Shown here: one piece after another, positions 39,448-48,429 of the stretch | Layout of the letters: each line of letters starts with the position of its first letter | Numbering within the stretch: the first letter of the stretch is position 1 | Source: Myxococcota bacterium | GTDB lineage: Bacteria; Myxococcota_A; UBA9160; UBA4427 | Length of the DNA: 64,000 nucleotides | NCBI GenBank assembly: GCA_965250285.1 | Contig: OZ252299.1 | Coordinates: 1,696,001 to 1,760,000, forward strand | Direction of reading: 5' to 3' | The notes under the pieces: model-generated | Database searches by the model: none | The model's input: the letters and a program-made list of their open reading frames with translations, nothing else | Told to the model about the DNA's origin: nothing | Program-made: the position numbers and the translations under genes

Positions 39448-40881
39448 ATGACCGAGCCGCGGCCCCTGTTTGAATCTCCGCCCGACGCGGACACTCCGCC
39501 CCGGCGCGCTCTGCTCTTTGCATACCACTTCCCACCCGGGCAGGCGGCGGGCGCGCTGCGTTGGCAGAAGTTCGTCGAGCTGGGTGCCGGTCACGGCTGG
39601 GCCTTCGACGTGCTGACCGCGCACCCCGACGCCCTCGCCAGCGCCGATTCGGGGCGCCTGACGTCCCTTCCCCCGGGCACGCGCGTCTTCGGCGTTCGGG
39701 AGTCGACTCTCTGGATCGAGCGCCTCGAGGCTCTGGCCTGGCGGGCCTTCTCGACGGTCCGGTCCTTGCTGAAGCGCCGAGCGTCGGGCGTATCCAACGA
39801 GGAGGTCGACGCGACGCCCCAGTCGGCGACCGACGGAGGCACCGGTTCGGTCGGGCGCCATGAGCTGCGTTTCGACTGGGCCGACATCCGCAGCTGGTGG
39901 CGCGCCTACCAAAGCCTGCTCGAGATCGCTCGCGAACGCGCCTGGTCGCGTCGGGCAGAAAAACTCGGGCAGCGGATCGCCACGCCGAAGCACGGTGTGA
40001 TCCTGTCCTCGAGTCCGCCCGAGATGCCGCACGTCGCGGCCGCCCGGTTGGCTGCGCGCCTGGGTGTTCCGTTCATCGCCGACTTTCGGGACCCGTGGTC
40101 GCTGCGCGAGCGGCTGCCCGAGCACCTGGCCAGTCCGATCGGCCAGCGCGTGGCCCGACGCCTCGAAGAACACCTGGCCCGGCGCGCCTCGAAGATCGTG
40201 ATGAACACGATCGCGGCGCGCGACGCCATGCGTGCGCTGTATCCCGCCCGACACGACGACATCGTCGCGATTCCGAATGGGTTCGACGAAGACCCCCTGC
40301 CCGCCGCAGAAGGATCAACCGACTGCTTCAGAATCGCCTATGCCGGCGCCGTGTACCTGGATCGCAACCCCGCCGTGCTCCTCCGGGCGGCTGCGAGTGT
40401 CATTGCCGCGCTGGGTTTGCGGCCGGACATGTTTTCCATCGAGTTCATGGGCTTCGTGAGTCCACGAATGAACCTCGAAGGGATGTCAACCGCCGCGGGC
40501 GTGGCCTCGTTCGTCCACGTCCGCCCGGCCGGCACGCGAAGCGAGGCCGCAGCGTTCCTCGGGCGGGGGAGCATGCTCTTGAATCTTCCTCAGGACAGCC
40601 ACCTCGCGATCCCATCGAAGATCTACGAGTACATGCGCTACGGCGCCCACATGCTGGTCCTCGCCGAGCCCCAGAGTGCGACAGCCGCGTTGCTCGCGGG
40701 CAGCCCGGCGGACGTGGTCGCGCCCGATGACGAAGAAGCGATCGCGCGCGTCCTCTCAACACGCGTGCAGGCCTGGCGCCGCGGCGAGCGTCCGCGCCCC
40801 ATTTCGGCGGACGCGCGATACAGCCGAGCGACCAGCGCCCGGCGATTGTACGCACTGATCGAAACGGTGGTCGAAGCATGA
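39448..40881 (+). CDS. Glycosyltransferase family 4
   Basis: AYHFPP, SSPP, ADFRDPW, IPNGFD and PSKIYEY. Confidence 0.88.
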   Translation: MTEPRPLFESPPDADTPPRRALLFAYHFPPGQAAGALRWQKFVELGAGHGWAFDVLTAHPDALASADSGRLTSLPPGTRVFGVRESTLWIERLEALAWRAFSTVRSLLKRRASGVSNEEVDATPQSATDGGTGSVGRHELRFDWADIRSWWRAYQSLLEIARERAWSRRAEKLGQRIATPKHGVILSSSPPEMPHVAAARLAARLGVPFIADFRDPWSLRERLPEHLASPIGQRVARRLEEHLARRASKIVMNTIAARDAMRALYPARHDDIVAIPNGFDEDPLPAAEGSTDCFRIAYAGAVYLDRNPAVLLRAAASVIAALGLRPDMFSIEFMGFVSPRMNLEGMSTAAGVASFVHVRPAGTRSEAAAFLGRGSMLLNLPQDSHLAIPSKIYEYMRYGAHMLVLAEPQSATAALLAGSPADVVAPDDEEAIARVLSTRVQAWRRGERPRPISADARYSRATSARRLYALIETVVEA

Positions 40882-40981
40882 AGGTCGGCGGATCGTCCGC
40901 GCCGCCTGTAGATGCTCGACCACGTCCGTCGACGATTCCGGCTACGCTGGATCGACCCATGCCGGAGAGAGAGCCTCGAAA

Positions 40982-41527
40982 GTGAGACTGACCGAAACCG
41001 ACATTCAGGGTGCCTTCATCGTCGACCTCGAGCCCCACCGCGACGAGCGGGGGTTCTTCGCGCGCAGCTTCTGTCAGCACGAGTTCGAGGACCGGGGCCT
41101 GTCGCCGGTCGTGGCGCAGTGCAATGTCTCGTTCAACGCGCAGGCTGGCACGCTGCGCGGCATGCACTATCAGCTCCCGCCCTCGGCCGAGGCCAAGCTC
41201 GTGCGCTGCACCTCGGGCGGCATCTACGACGCGATCGTCGACGTGCGGCCGTCGTCGCCGACGTACCTCGAAACGGTCGGTGTCGAGCTGACGGCCGAGA
41301 ATCGCAGCGCGCTCTACGTGCCCGAGGGCTGCGCGCACGGCTTTCAGACCCTCACCGACGACACCGAGGTCTTCTATCAGATGAGCGAGTTCTATGCGCC
41401 GGGGCTCGCGCGTGGCTTCCGGTACGACGATCCGCGCTTCGCCATTGCGTGGCCGCTCGAGCCGAGCTGCGTCTCCGAGAACGATCTGGCGCTTGCGCCG
41501 TACGATCCGGAGCGAGCACATGAGTGA
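40982..41527 (+). CDS. rfbC: dTDP-4-dehydrorhamnose 3,5-epimerase family
   Basis: DERGFFAR, GTLRGMHYQ, EAKLVRC, PEGCAHGFQTL and YDDP. Confidence 0.92.
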   Translation: MRLTETDIQGAFIVDLEPHRDERGFFARSFCQHEFEDRGLSPVVAQCNVSFNAQAGTLRGMHYQLPPSAEAKLVRCTSGGIYDAIVDVRPSSPTYLETVGVELTAENRSALYVPEGCAHGFQTLTDDTEVFYQMSEFYAPGLARGFRYDDPRFAIAWPLEPSCVSENDLALAPYDPERAHE

Positions 41528-42848
41528 GCCGGCCCGTGCCGGGGCGACGCCCGAGCAGCTCGAGGTCGGGCGCTCGATCCACCGCTTCGCGGAGGAGCTC
41601 TACCCGATCTGTCGCAGCATCACGGGCGACGGGGTGCGCGAGACCCTGCGACGCATCGCCCAGCGCATCCCGATCGACGTGCACGAGGTGCCGAGCGGCA
41701 CCGAGGTGCTCGACTGGACGGTGCCCTCCGAGTGGAACATTCGCGACGCTTGGGTGAAGAACGCAGCCGGAGAGCGCGTGATCGACTTCGGCCAGCACAA
41801 TCTGCACGTGGTGAACTACAGCGTGCCGATTCGCGAGCGCATGACGCTCGCCGAGCTCGAGCCTCACCTGCACACCCTGCCCGATCGGCCCGACTGGATC
41901 CCCTACCGTACCTCGTACTACAACGAGACCTGGGGGTTCTGCCTGAGCGAGCGCCAGCTGCAGAGCCTCCGCGCGGCCGACCGCGGCGAGGTCTACGAGG
42001 TGGTGATCGACTCGAGCCTCGAGCCCGGGCACCTGACCTACGGCGAGCTGTTGCTGCCGGGCGATTCCGACCGTGAGATCGTGCTCTCGAGTCACATCTG
42101 TCACCCCTCTCTGTGCAACGACAACCTGTCGGGCGTCGGCATCGCGGTGCATCTCGCTCAGCTGCTCGGTGAGCTGCCGCATCGCCACTCGATCCGCTTT
42201 CTGTTCATTCCCGGCACGATCGGTTCGATCACCTGGCTCGCGCGCAACCGCGAGCGAGCCGATCGCATCGCCCACGGCCTGACGCTGGTGTGCCTCGGCG
42301 ACGCCTCGCCCGTCACGTTCAAGAAGACGTTCGGCGGCGAAGCCGAGCTCGACCGCGTCGTGCCGCGGGTGCTCGAAGAGAGCGGCGTCGCCTGCGACGT
42401 GATCGATTTCTTCCCTTACGGCTACGACGAGCGTCAGTTCAACTCACCCGGGTTCCGCTTGCCGTTCGGCTCGCTGCTCCGGGGGCGACACGGCGAGTTT
42501 CCCGAGTACCACACCTCCGGCGACGATCCGTCGTTCGTGCAGCCCGAACACCTGGCCGAGTCGTTCGAGATCGCGCGGCGCGTCGTCGCCGCGCTCGACG
42601 CGAATCGCCGCTACCGCAGCCTCGCCCCCTACGCCGAGCCGCAGCTCGGCAAGCGCGGCGTCTACCGCGCGATGGGGGGCGAAAGCAACCCGGGCGAGCT
42701 GCAGATGGCGATCCTCTGGATGCTGTCGTGCGCCGACGGCGAACACGACCTCATCGCCGTCGGCGAACGCTCGGGTCTCGGGCTCGACACGCTCGCGCGC
42801 GCCGCCGAGGTGCTGCTCGAGCAGGCTTTGCTCGAGGTCGTCGACTGA
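41520..42848 (+). CDS. DUF4910 aminopeptidase-like polysaccharide biosynthesis protein with C-terminal wHTH
   Basis: CRSITGDGVR, HICHPSLCNDNLSG, GYDERQF, EYHTSGD and EPQLGKRG. Confidence 0.85.
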   Translation: MSEPARAGATPEQLEVGRSIHRFAEELYPICRSITGDGVRETLRRIAQRIPIDVHEVPSGTEVLDWTVPSEWNIRDAWVKNAAGERVIDFGQHNLHVVNYSVPIRERMTLAELEPHLHTLPDRPDWIPYRTSYYNETWGFCLSERQLQSLRAADRGEVYEVVIDSSLEPGHLTYGELLLPGDSDREIVLSSHICHPSLCNDNLSGVGIAVHLAQLLGELPHRHSIRFLFIPGTIGSITWLARNRERADRIAHGLTLVCLGDASPVTFKKTFGGEAELDRVVPRVLEESGVACDVIDFFPYGYDERQFNSPGFRLPFGSLLRGRHGEFPEYHTSGDDPSFVQPEHLAESFEIARRVVAALDANRRYRSLAPYAEPQLGKRGVYRAMGGESNPGELQMAILWMLSCADGEHDLIAVGERSGLGLDTLARAAEVLLEQALLEVVD

Positions 42849-42977
42849 TCATGCGCAGGCCGTGCGCAGGGCCGGGCCGGCGACACCGGGGGGGCTCCAC
42901 GGGGCACCCACCCAGGGGCGCCTCAACCCCAGCGTAACCCCACGAGAACCCATTAGAGAGACGACGAGGAATCAGCC

Positions 42978-44003
42978 ATGCGCGTGCTGCTGACCGGACA
43001 CGACGGATACATCGGAGCGGTGATGAGCCCCTGGCTCGTCGAGCGGGGCCACGAGGTCGTCGGCCTCGACTGCTTCCTGTTCGACGGCTGCGACTTCGGG
43101 GCGCTCCCGCCGAAGGTCCCCGAGCTGCGCAAGGACATCCGCGACATCGAGGCGGCCGATCTCGATGGCTTCGACGCGGTGATCCATCTCGCCGCGATCT
43201 CGAACGACCCGCTGGGCAACCTGAACCCGAAGGGCACGTACGACATCAATCACGCCGCGTCGGTGAAGCTCGCGAAGCTCGCCAAGGAGGCCGGCGTCGG
43301 GCGGTACGTGTACTCGTCGTCGTGCAGCGTCTACGGCGCGGCGAGCCCCGACGACGTGCTGTCCGAGACGGCTTCGTTCAGCCCCGTGACGCCGTACGCC
43401 GAGTCGAAGGTCATGGTCGAAGCCGACGTCCAGGCCCTCGCGAGCGACGACTTCAGCCCGACCTACATGCGCAACGCCACCGTGTACGGCGTGTCGCCCA
43501 AGCTGCGCGGCGACCTGGTCGTGAACAACCTGGTGGGCTGGGCGCTCACGACGGGTCAGGTGCACATGAAGAGCGACGGCACGCCCTGGCGCCCGCTCGT
43601 GCACGTCGAGGACGTCTGCCACGCCTTCGCGTGTGTCCTCGAAGCGCCGCGAGACGCGATCCACAACGAGGCGTTCAACGTCGGGCGCGACGAGGAGAAC
43701 TGGCAGATCGGGGGCGTCGCCGAAGAGGTCGCGAAGGCCGTCGAGGGCAGTCGGGTGACGACCGAGGACGGCGCCGGGCCCGATCCGCGCTGCTACCGGG
43801 TCGACTTCGCCAAGATCCACAGCGCCCTGCCCGGCTTCGCGCCGCAGTGGACCGTGCCCCGCGGCGTCGTGCAGCTCCGCGACGCCTATCAGCAGGTCGG
43901 CCTCGAGCAGAGCGATCTCGAAGGTGACCGCTACCTGCGCATCAAGCGCATCTCGCGACTGCTCGAAGAGGGGCGCATCGACTCGGACCTGCGCTGGCAA
44001 TAG
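42978..44003 (+). CDS. NAD-dependent epimerase/dehydratase (extended SDR)
   Basis: TGHDGYIG, HLAAISND, SSSCSVYG and YAESK. Confidence 0.9.
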   Translation: MRVLLTGHDGYIGAVMSPWLVERGHEVVGLDCFLFDGCDFGALPPKVPELRKDIRDIEAADLDGFDAVIHLAAISNDPLGNLNPKGTYDINHAASVKLAKLAKEAGVGRYVYSSSCSVYGAASPDDVLSETASFSPVTPYAESKVMVEADVQALASDDFSPTYMRNATVYGVSPKLRGDLVVNNLVGWALTTGQVHMKSDGTPWRPLVHVEDVCHAFACVLEAPRDAIHNEAFNVGRDEENWQIGGVAEEVAKAVEGSRVTTEDGAGPDPRCYRVDFAKIHSALPGFAPQWTVPRGVVQLRDAYQQVGLEQSDLEGDRYLRIKRISRLLEEGRIDSDLRWQ

Positions 44004-44235
44004 CGCCGACCCGCAGCGCGCATGCGGGACCCGGCAGCGGGCCCGCGCGTCCTGAGCAGCGCACCGGCAAGATCGGCCCCGAGGGGTGCGCGAGCGCGCC
44101 CTCATGGCGTTCTCGTCACTTCCTGGCGCGATTCGGCGACTCACACGTGTCCAATGGAGCGACCGGCGCGATCATGCGCCCGCGGCCGGCCGCCACGCGG
44201 AGGGCGCGCACGCTCCGACGGGATGGGAGAGCAAC

Positions 44236-45492
44236 TTGGAAGGCCAGCGCTGCCGCTTCTGTGGGACCGAGCTCATCTACTCGATGGTCGATCTCGGCAC
44301 GTCGCCCCTCTGCCAGGACCACGTGACGCCCGAGCACTTCGACCGGGCCGAGCCGACCTACCCGCTCCACGCCAAGGTCTGCCACAACTGCCTGCTCGTG
44401 CAGGTCGGGACGCCGGTCAAGCCCGAGGAGATCTTTGGCGACGGCGACTACGCCTACTTCTCCTCGTTCAGCGACAGCTGGCTGGCCCACGCGCGTGACT
44501 ACACCGAGAAGATGACCGAGCGCTTCGGGCTCGACGCTTCGACGCCAGTGGTCGAGATCGCCAGCAACGACGGCTACCTCCTGCAGTACTTCCAGAAGGC
44601 GGGCGTGCCGGTGCTCGGCATCGAGCCCGCGTCGAACTGCGCGGCGGCCGCTCGCCAGAAAGGCATCGAGAGCGTCGTTGCCTTCTTCGGCCGCGAGACC
44701 GCGAATCGCGTCGCAGCCGACCACGGGCGCCCCACCCTGCTGCTCGGCAACAACGTGCTCGCCCACGTTCCCGACATCAACGACTTCGTGTCGGGCATGA
44801 AGATCCTGCTCGCCCCGGGCGGACAAATCACGATGGAGTTCCCCCATCTGATGCGCCTGGTGGCGGAGAACCAGTTCGACACGATCTACCACGAGCACTT
44901 CTCGTATCTCAGCCTGACGACCGTCGAGCGCATTTTCGCGCACCACGGCCTTCGGCTCTTCGACGTCGAGGAGCTGCCGACCCACGGCGGTTCGCTGCGC
45001 ATCTTCGCCTGCCATGACGACGATCCCCGCGTGACCGAGCCTTCGATCGAAGCGCTGAAGGGCCGCGAGGCGGCGGCTGGCATGCTCGAGCTGCCCTACT
45101 ACGAGGCGTTCGGCGAGCAGGTGCGTGAGACGAAGCGCAAGCTGCTGAGCTTCCTGATCGAGCGCAAGCGCGCGGGTGATGTCGTCGTCGGCTACGGCGC
45201 GCCCGGCAAGGGCAACACGCTGCTCAACTACTGCGGGATCCGAACCGATTTCGTCGACTACACGGTCGATCGCAACCCGCACAAGCAGGGCAACTATCTG
45301 CCGGGCTCGCGCATTCCGATCCTCGAGCCCGAGAAGATCTTCGAAACGAAGCCCGACTACGTTCTGATCCTGCCGTGGAATCTCCGCAAGGAGATCAGCG
45401 AGAGCATGGCGAAGATCGGCGAGTGGGGTGGAAAGTTCGTCGTGCCGATTCCCGAGGTCGAAGTCTTCGAAGCACCCGAGGTCGAATCATGA
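44236..45492 (+). CDS. NDP-hexose C-methyltransferase (Zn-binding, TcaB9/NovU-like)
   Basis: CRFC...CHNC Zn site, EIASNDG, YHEH, THGGS and YGAPGKG. TTG 44236 follows GGAG. Confidence 0.9.
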   Translation: MEGQRCRFCGTELIYSMVDLGTSPLCQDHVTPEHFDRAEPTYPLHAKVCHNCLLVQVGTPVKPEEIFGDGDYAYFSSFSDSWLAHARDYTEKMTERFGLDASTPVVEIASNDGYLLQYFQKAGVPVLGIEPASNCAAAARQKGIESVVAFFGRETANRVAADHGRPTLLLGNNVLAHVPDINDFVSGMKILLAPGGQITMEFPHLMRLVAENQFDTIYHEHFSYLSLTTVERIFAHHGLRLFDVEELPTHGGSLRIFACHDDDPRVTEPSIEALKGREAAAGMLELPYYEAFGEQVRETKRKLLSFLIERKRAGDVVVGYGAPGKGNTLLNYCGIRTDFVDYTVDRNPHKQGNYLPGSRIPILEPEKIFETKPDYVLILPWNLRKEISESMAKIGEWGGKFVVPIPEVEVFEAPEVES

Positions 45493-46280
45493 AGGTCGTA
45501 CTCTTCTGCGGCGGCATGGGGCTGCGCCTGCGCGATCAGGCGTACAACACGCCGAAGCCCCTCGCCGAGATCGGCGCGCGGCCGATCATCTGGCATCTGA
45601 TGAAGTACTACGCGTACTACGGGCACAAGGACTTCGTGCTCTGCCTCGGCTACCGGGGCGAGGCGTTCAAGGAGTACTTCCTCAACTACGACGAGACCCA
45701 CTCGAACGACTTCGTGCTGAGTGAAGGCGGCCGCAACGTGCAGCTCGCGAGCAGCGACATCGAGGACTGGCGGATCCACTTCGTCGACACCGGGCTGCAC
45801 TCGAACATCGGGATGCGGCTCAAGGCGGTGCAGCGTCATCTCGAAGGAGAGGAGATGTTCCTCGCCAACTACAGCGACGGCCTCTCCGACCTGCCCCTCG
45901 ACGAGTACGTCGACGCGTTCACGGAGAGCGGCAAGACCGCGAGCTTCGTCTCGGTGCGCAACAAGGCGGTCTCGCACATGGTCGATACCGACGATGAAGG
46001 CACGGTGATCGGCATTCGATCGCTCGCCGACACCGACATACGCATCAACGGCGGCTTCTTCGCGTTCAAGCAGAAGGTGTTCGACTACATCGAAGAGGGC
46101 GAGGAGCTCGTCGAAGAGCCGTTCGCGCGACTGATCGCCGAGCAGGAGCTCTCGGGATACCGCTACGACGGCTTCTGGCAGTGCATGGATACGTTCAAGG
46201 ACAAGCAGAAGCTCGACGATCTCGCCGCTCGCGACGAGATGCCCTGGCAGGTCTGGAAGCACCACGGTCCGCCCGAGTAG
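45489..46280 (+). CDS. rfbF: Glucose-1-phosphate cytidylyltransferase family
   Basis: VLFCGGMGLR, PKPL, YSDG, INGGFF and FWQCMDTFKD. Confidence 0.88.
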   Translation: MKVVLFCGGMGLRLRDQAYNTPKPLAEIGARPIIWHLMKYYAYYGHKDFVLCLGYRGEAFKEYFLNYDETHSNDFVLSEGGRNVQLASSDIEDWRIHFVDTGLHSNIGMRLKAVQRHLEGEEMFLANYSDGLSDLPLDEYVDAFTESGKTASFVSVRNKAVSHMVDTDDEGTVIGIRSLADTDIRINGGFFAFKQKVFDYIEEGEELVEEPFARLIAEQELSGYRYDGFWQCMDTFKDKQKLDDLAARDEMPWQVWKHHGPPE

Positions 46281-46367
46281 TCTGTCGGCGGCCACCCCGC
46301 ATCCGCGATGGCCAAAGGCCGTGCCCCCCGCCACCGGCGCCCACGCGCGCAACAGGGAGTGACGGAT

Positions 46368-47027
46368 TTGAATCCGCTTCGGATCCAGACGACGCACGGG
46401 GGTCCGCCGGTCGTGCTCTGCCTGGGCGCCCACTGCGACGACATCGAGATCGGCTGTGGCGGCACCCTGCTCGCGCTGCAGGCGGCCCAGCCCGAGGCCG
46501 AGATTCGCTGGGCCGTCTTCACGGCCAACGACCTGCGCCGCAAGGAGACGCTCGAGTGCGCCCGGCGGCTGATGGGCGACGACTTCGAGTCGCAGGTGCA
46601 CTTCGAGACCTTTCGGGACGGGTTCCTCCCCTACGAGGGCGCGGCCGTCAAGCAGGCGTTCGAGCGATTGAAGGGCGAAGTGCAGCCCGATCTGATCCTG
46701 ACCCACACGCGCGACGATCTGCACCAGGATCACCGCCAGATCAACGAGCTCACCTGGAACACGTGGCGCGACCACATGATTCTGGAATACGAGATCCCGA
46801 AATGGGACGGCGATCTCGGACAGCCCAACGTCTTCGTGCCCCTCGACGAAGCGCAGGTCGAACGCAAGATCGACGCGGTGCTCACCGCCTACGCGTCTCA
46901 GGCGGTCAAGCAGTGGCTCGACGCCGACACGCTCCGTGGCCTCATGCGTCTGCGGGGTGTCGAGGCGAACGCACCGGGGCGCTTCGCCGAGGCCTTCTAC
47001 GCGAGGAAGCTCACGCTGGCGCCCTGA
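46368..47027 (+). CDS. PIG-L/LmbE-family deacetylase
   Basis: AHCDDIEIGCGG and DLHQDH. Start is approximate. Confidence 0.88.
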   Translation: MNPLRIQTTHGGPPVVLCLGAHCDDIEIGCGGTLLALQAAQPEAEIRWAVFTANDLRRKETLECARRLMGDDFESQVHFETFRDGFLPYEGAAVKQAFERLKGEVQPDLILTHTRDDLHQDHRQINELTWNTWRDHMILEYEIPKWDGDLGQPNVFVPLDEAQVERKIDAVLTAYASQAVKQWLDADTLRGLMRLRGVEANAPGRFAEAFYARKLTLAP

Positions 47028-47072
47028 GGCGCCGCGTGTCGAGCCCGAGCCGCGCTGGCCACCGATCTTCTC

Positions 47073-48317
47073 ATGACCCGATTCGCGACCACTCGAGCGA
47101 CCCGAACGCCCCACGTGCCCGGTGTCGGCGTCATCGCCCTCGTCCCCGAGCCCTTCGATACGCCGTGGATGTCGCGCCATCAGGTCCTGACGCGGCTCTC
47201 GAGCTACTTCGACGTCGTCTGGATCAATCCCGCGCGCAATTGGCGCGAGGTGGTGGCGCAGCCCACACGACCCCGGGTCGCCGGCGGGGGCGACCCCCGG
47301 CCCGATGGGCTCGTGGTCTACGAGCCCGAGCCGTGGCTCCCCGAGTTCTTTCGGCCCGCGTGGCTCGAGCGCTTCACCGATCGCGCGCGACTCGCGGCGG
47401 CGCGTCGTGCGCTCGTGCGGCGGGGCTGCACGCGGGTTCTGCTCTACATCTGGCGTCCACAGTTCGGGGCGGCCCTCGACCGGGTGCGCCACGACGGCAG
47501 CCTCTATCACGTCGTCGACGAATACAGCTTCTCGGACGACGAGCAGCCGGTGCCGCCCGTGGAGGCCGAGCTGCTGCGCCGCGCCGATCGCGTGATCATC
47601 CACTCGCCGGCGCTCATGGAGAAGAAGGCGTCGTACAACGCCACTTCGATGCAGCTGCCGAACGGCGTCGACTTCGCCACGGTCTCAGCCGAGTGGCCCG
47701 AGCCCGACGACCTGCGCGACGTGCCCCGTCCGCGCATCGGCTACTGCGGCTGGCTCAAGAACCAGCTCGACTGGGATCTCGTCGAATCGCTGATCGACGG
47801 CCATCCCGATCGTTCATTCGTGTTCGTGGGGGGCGTGGCGCCACACGAGGGGCTCCCGGAACGCATCGAGGCGCTGTCGAAGCGACCGAACGCGTTCTTC
47901 CTGGGCGCGAAGACCTCGTCTCAGCTGATGGCGTACCCGCAGCACTTTGACCTGTGCATCATGCCGTACCGCGAAACCAGCTACACCCGCTACATCTACC
48001 CGCTGAAGCTCCACGAATACCTCGCGAGTGGCCGTCCCGTCGTGGCCACGCCGATCCGCACCCTGCAGGATTTCGAAGCGCACGTCCGCCTGGCGCGAGG
48101 CGCGAGCGCGTGGTCGGACGCCCTCGATCGGGCGCTCGCACCGGATGAGCTCGGCGCCGAAGCCGTGGCGGCGCGCCGCGCGTTCGCGGCGCGGCACGAC
48201 TGGCACGTGATCACCCATCAAGTGGCGCGTGTGCTCGCCGAGATGGCCGGGGGCGATGCGCCCGCACGGGTCGATTCGGCGCCCGTGCCCGAAACCTGGA
48301 AGCAGCCGCCGCCCTGA
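47073..48317 (+). CDS. Glycosyltransferase (GT4, TuaH-like)
   Basis: SRHQ, YHVVDEY, LPNGVD and PLKLHEYLASGRPVV. Confidence 0.88.
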   Translation: MTRFATTRATRTPHVPGVGVIALVPEPFDTPWMSRHQVLTRLSSYFDVVWINPARNWREVVAQPTRPRVAGGGDPRPDGLVVYEPEPWLPEFFRPAWLERFTDRARLAAARRALVRRGCTRVLLYIWRPQFGAALDRVRHDGSLYHVVDEYSFSDDEQPVPPVEAELLRRADRVIIHSPALMEKKASYNATSMQLPNGVDFATVSAEWPEPDDLRDVPRPRIGYCGWLKNQLDWDLVESLIDGHPDRSFVFVGGVAPHEGLPERIEALSKRPNAFFLGAKTSSQLMAYPQHFDLCIMPYRETSYTRYIYPLKLHEYLASGRPVVATPIRTLQDFEAHVRLARGASAWSDALDRALAPDELGAEAVAARRAFAARHDWHVITHQVARVLAEMAGGDAPARVDSAPVPETWKQPPP

Positions 48318-48429
48318 GCGAGACCCGAGCGTGCGGCGCTGCTGGACCGCGCCGCCCGCTGCGTGACCAAACCGCTCGACCGGCGCGCGCCCCGACCCGA
48401 GCGCATCGCTCGGGCCGAGACGCCATCGG

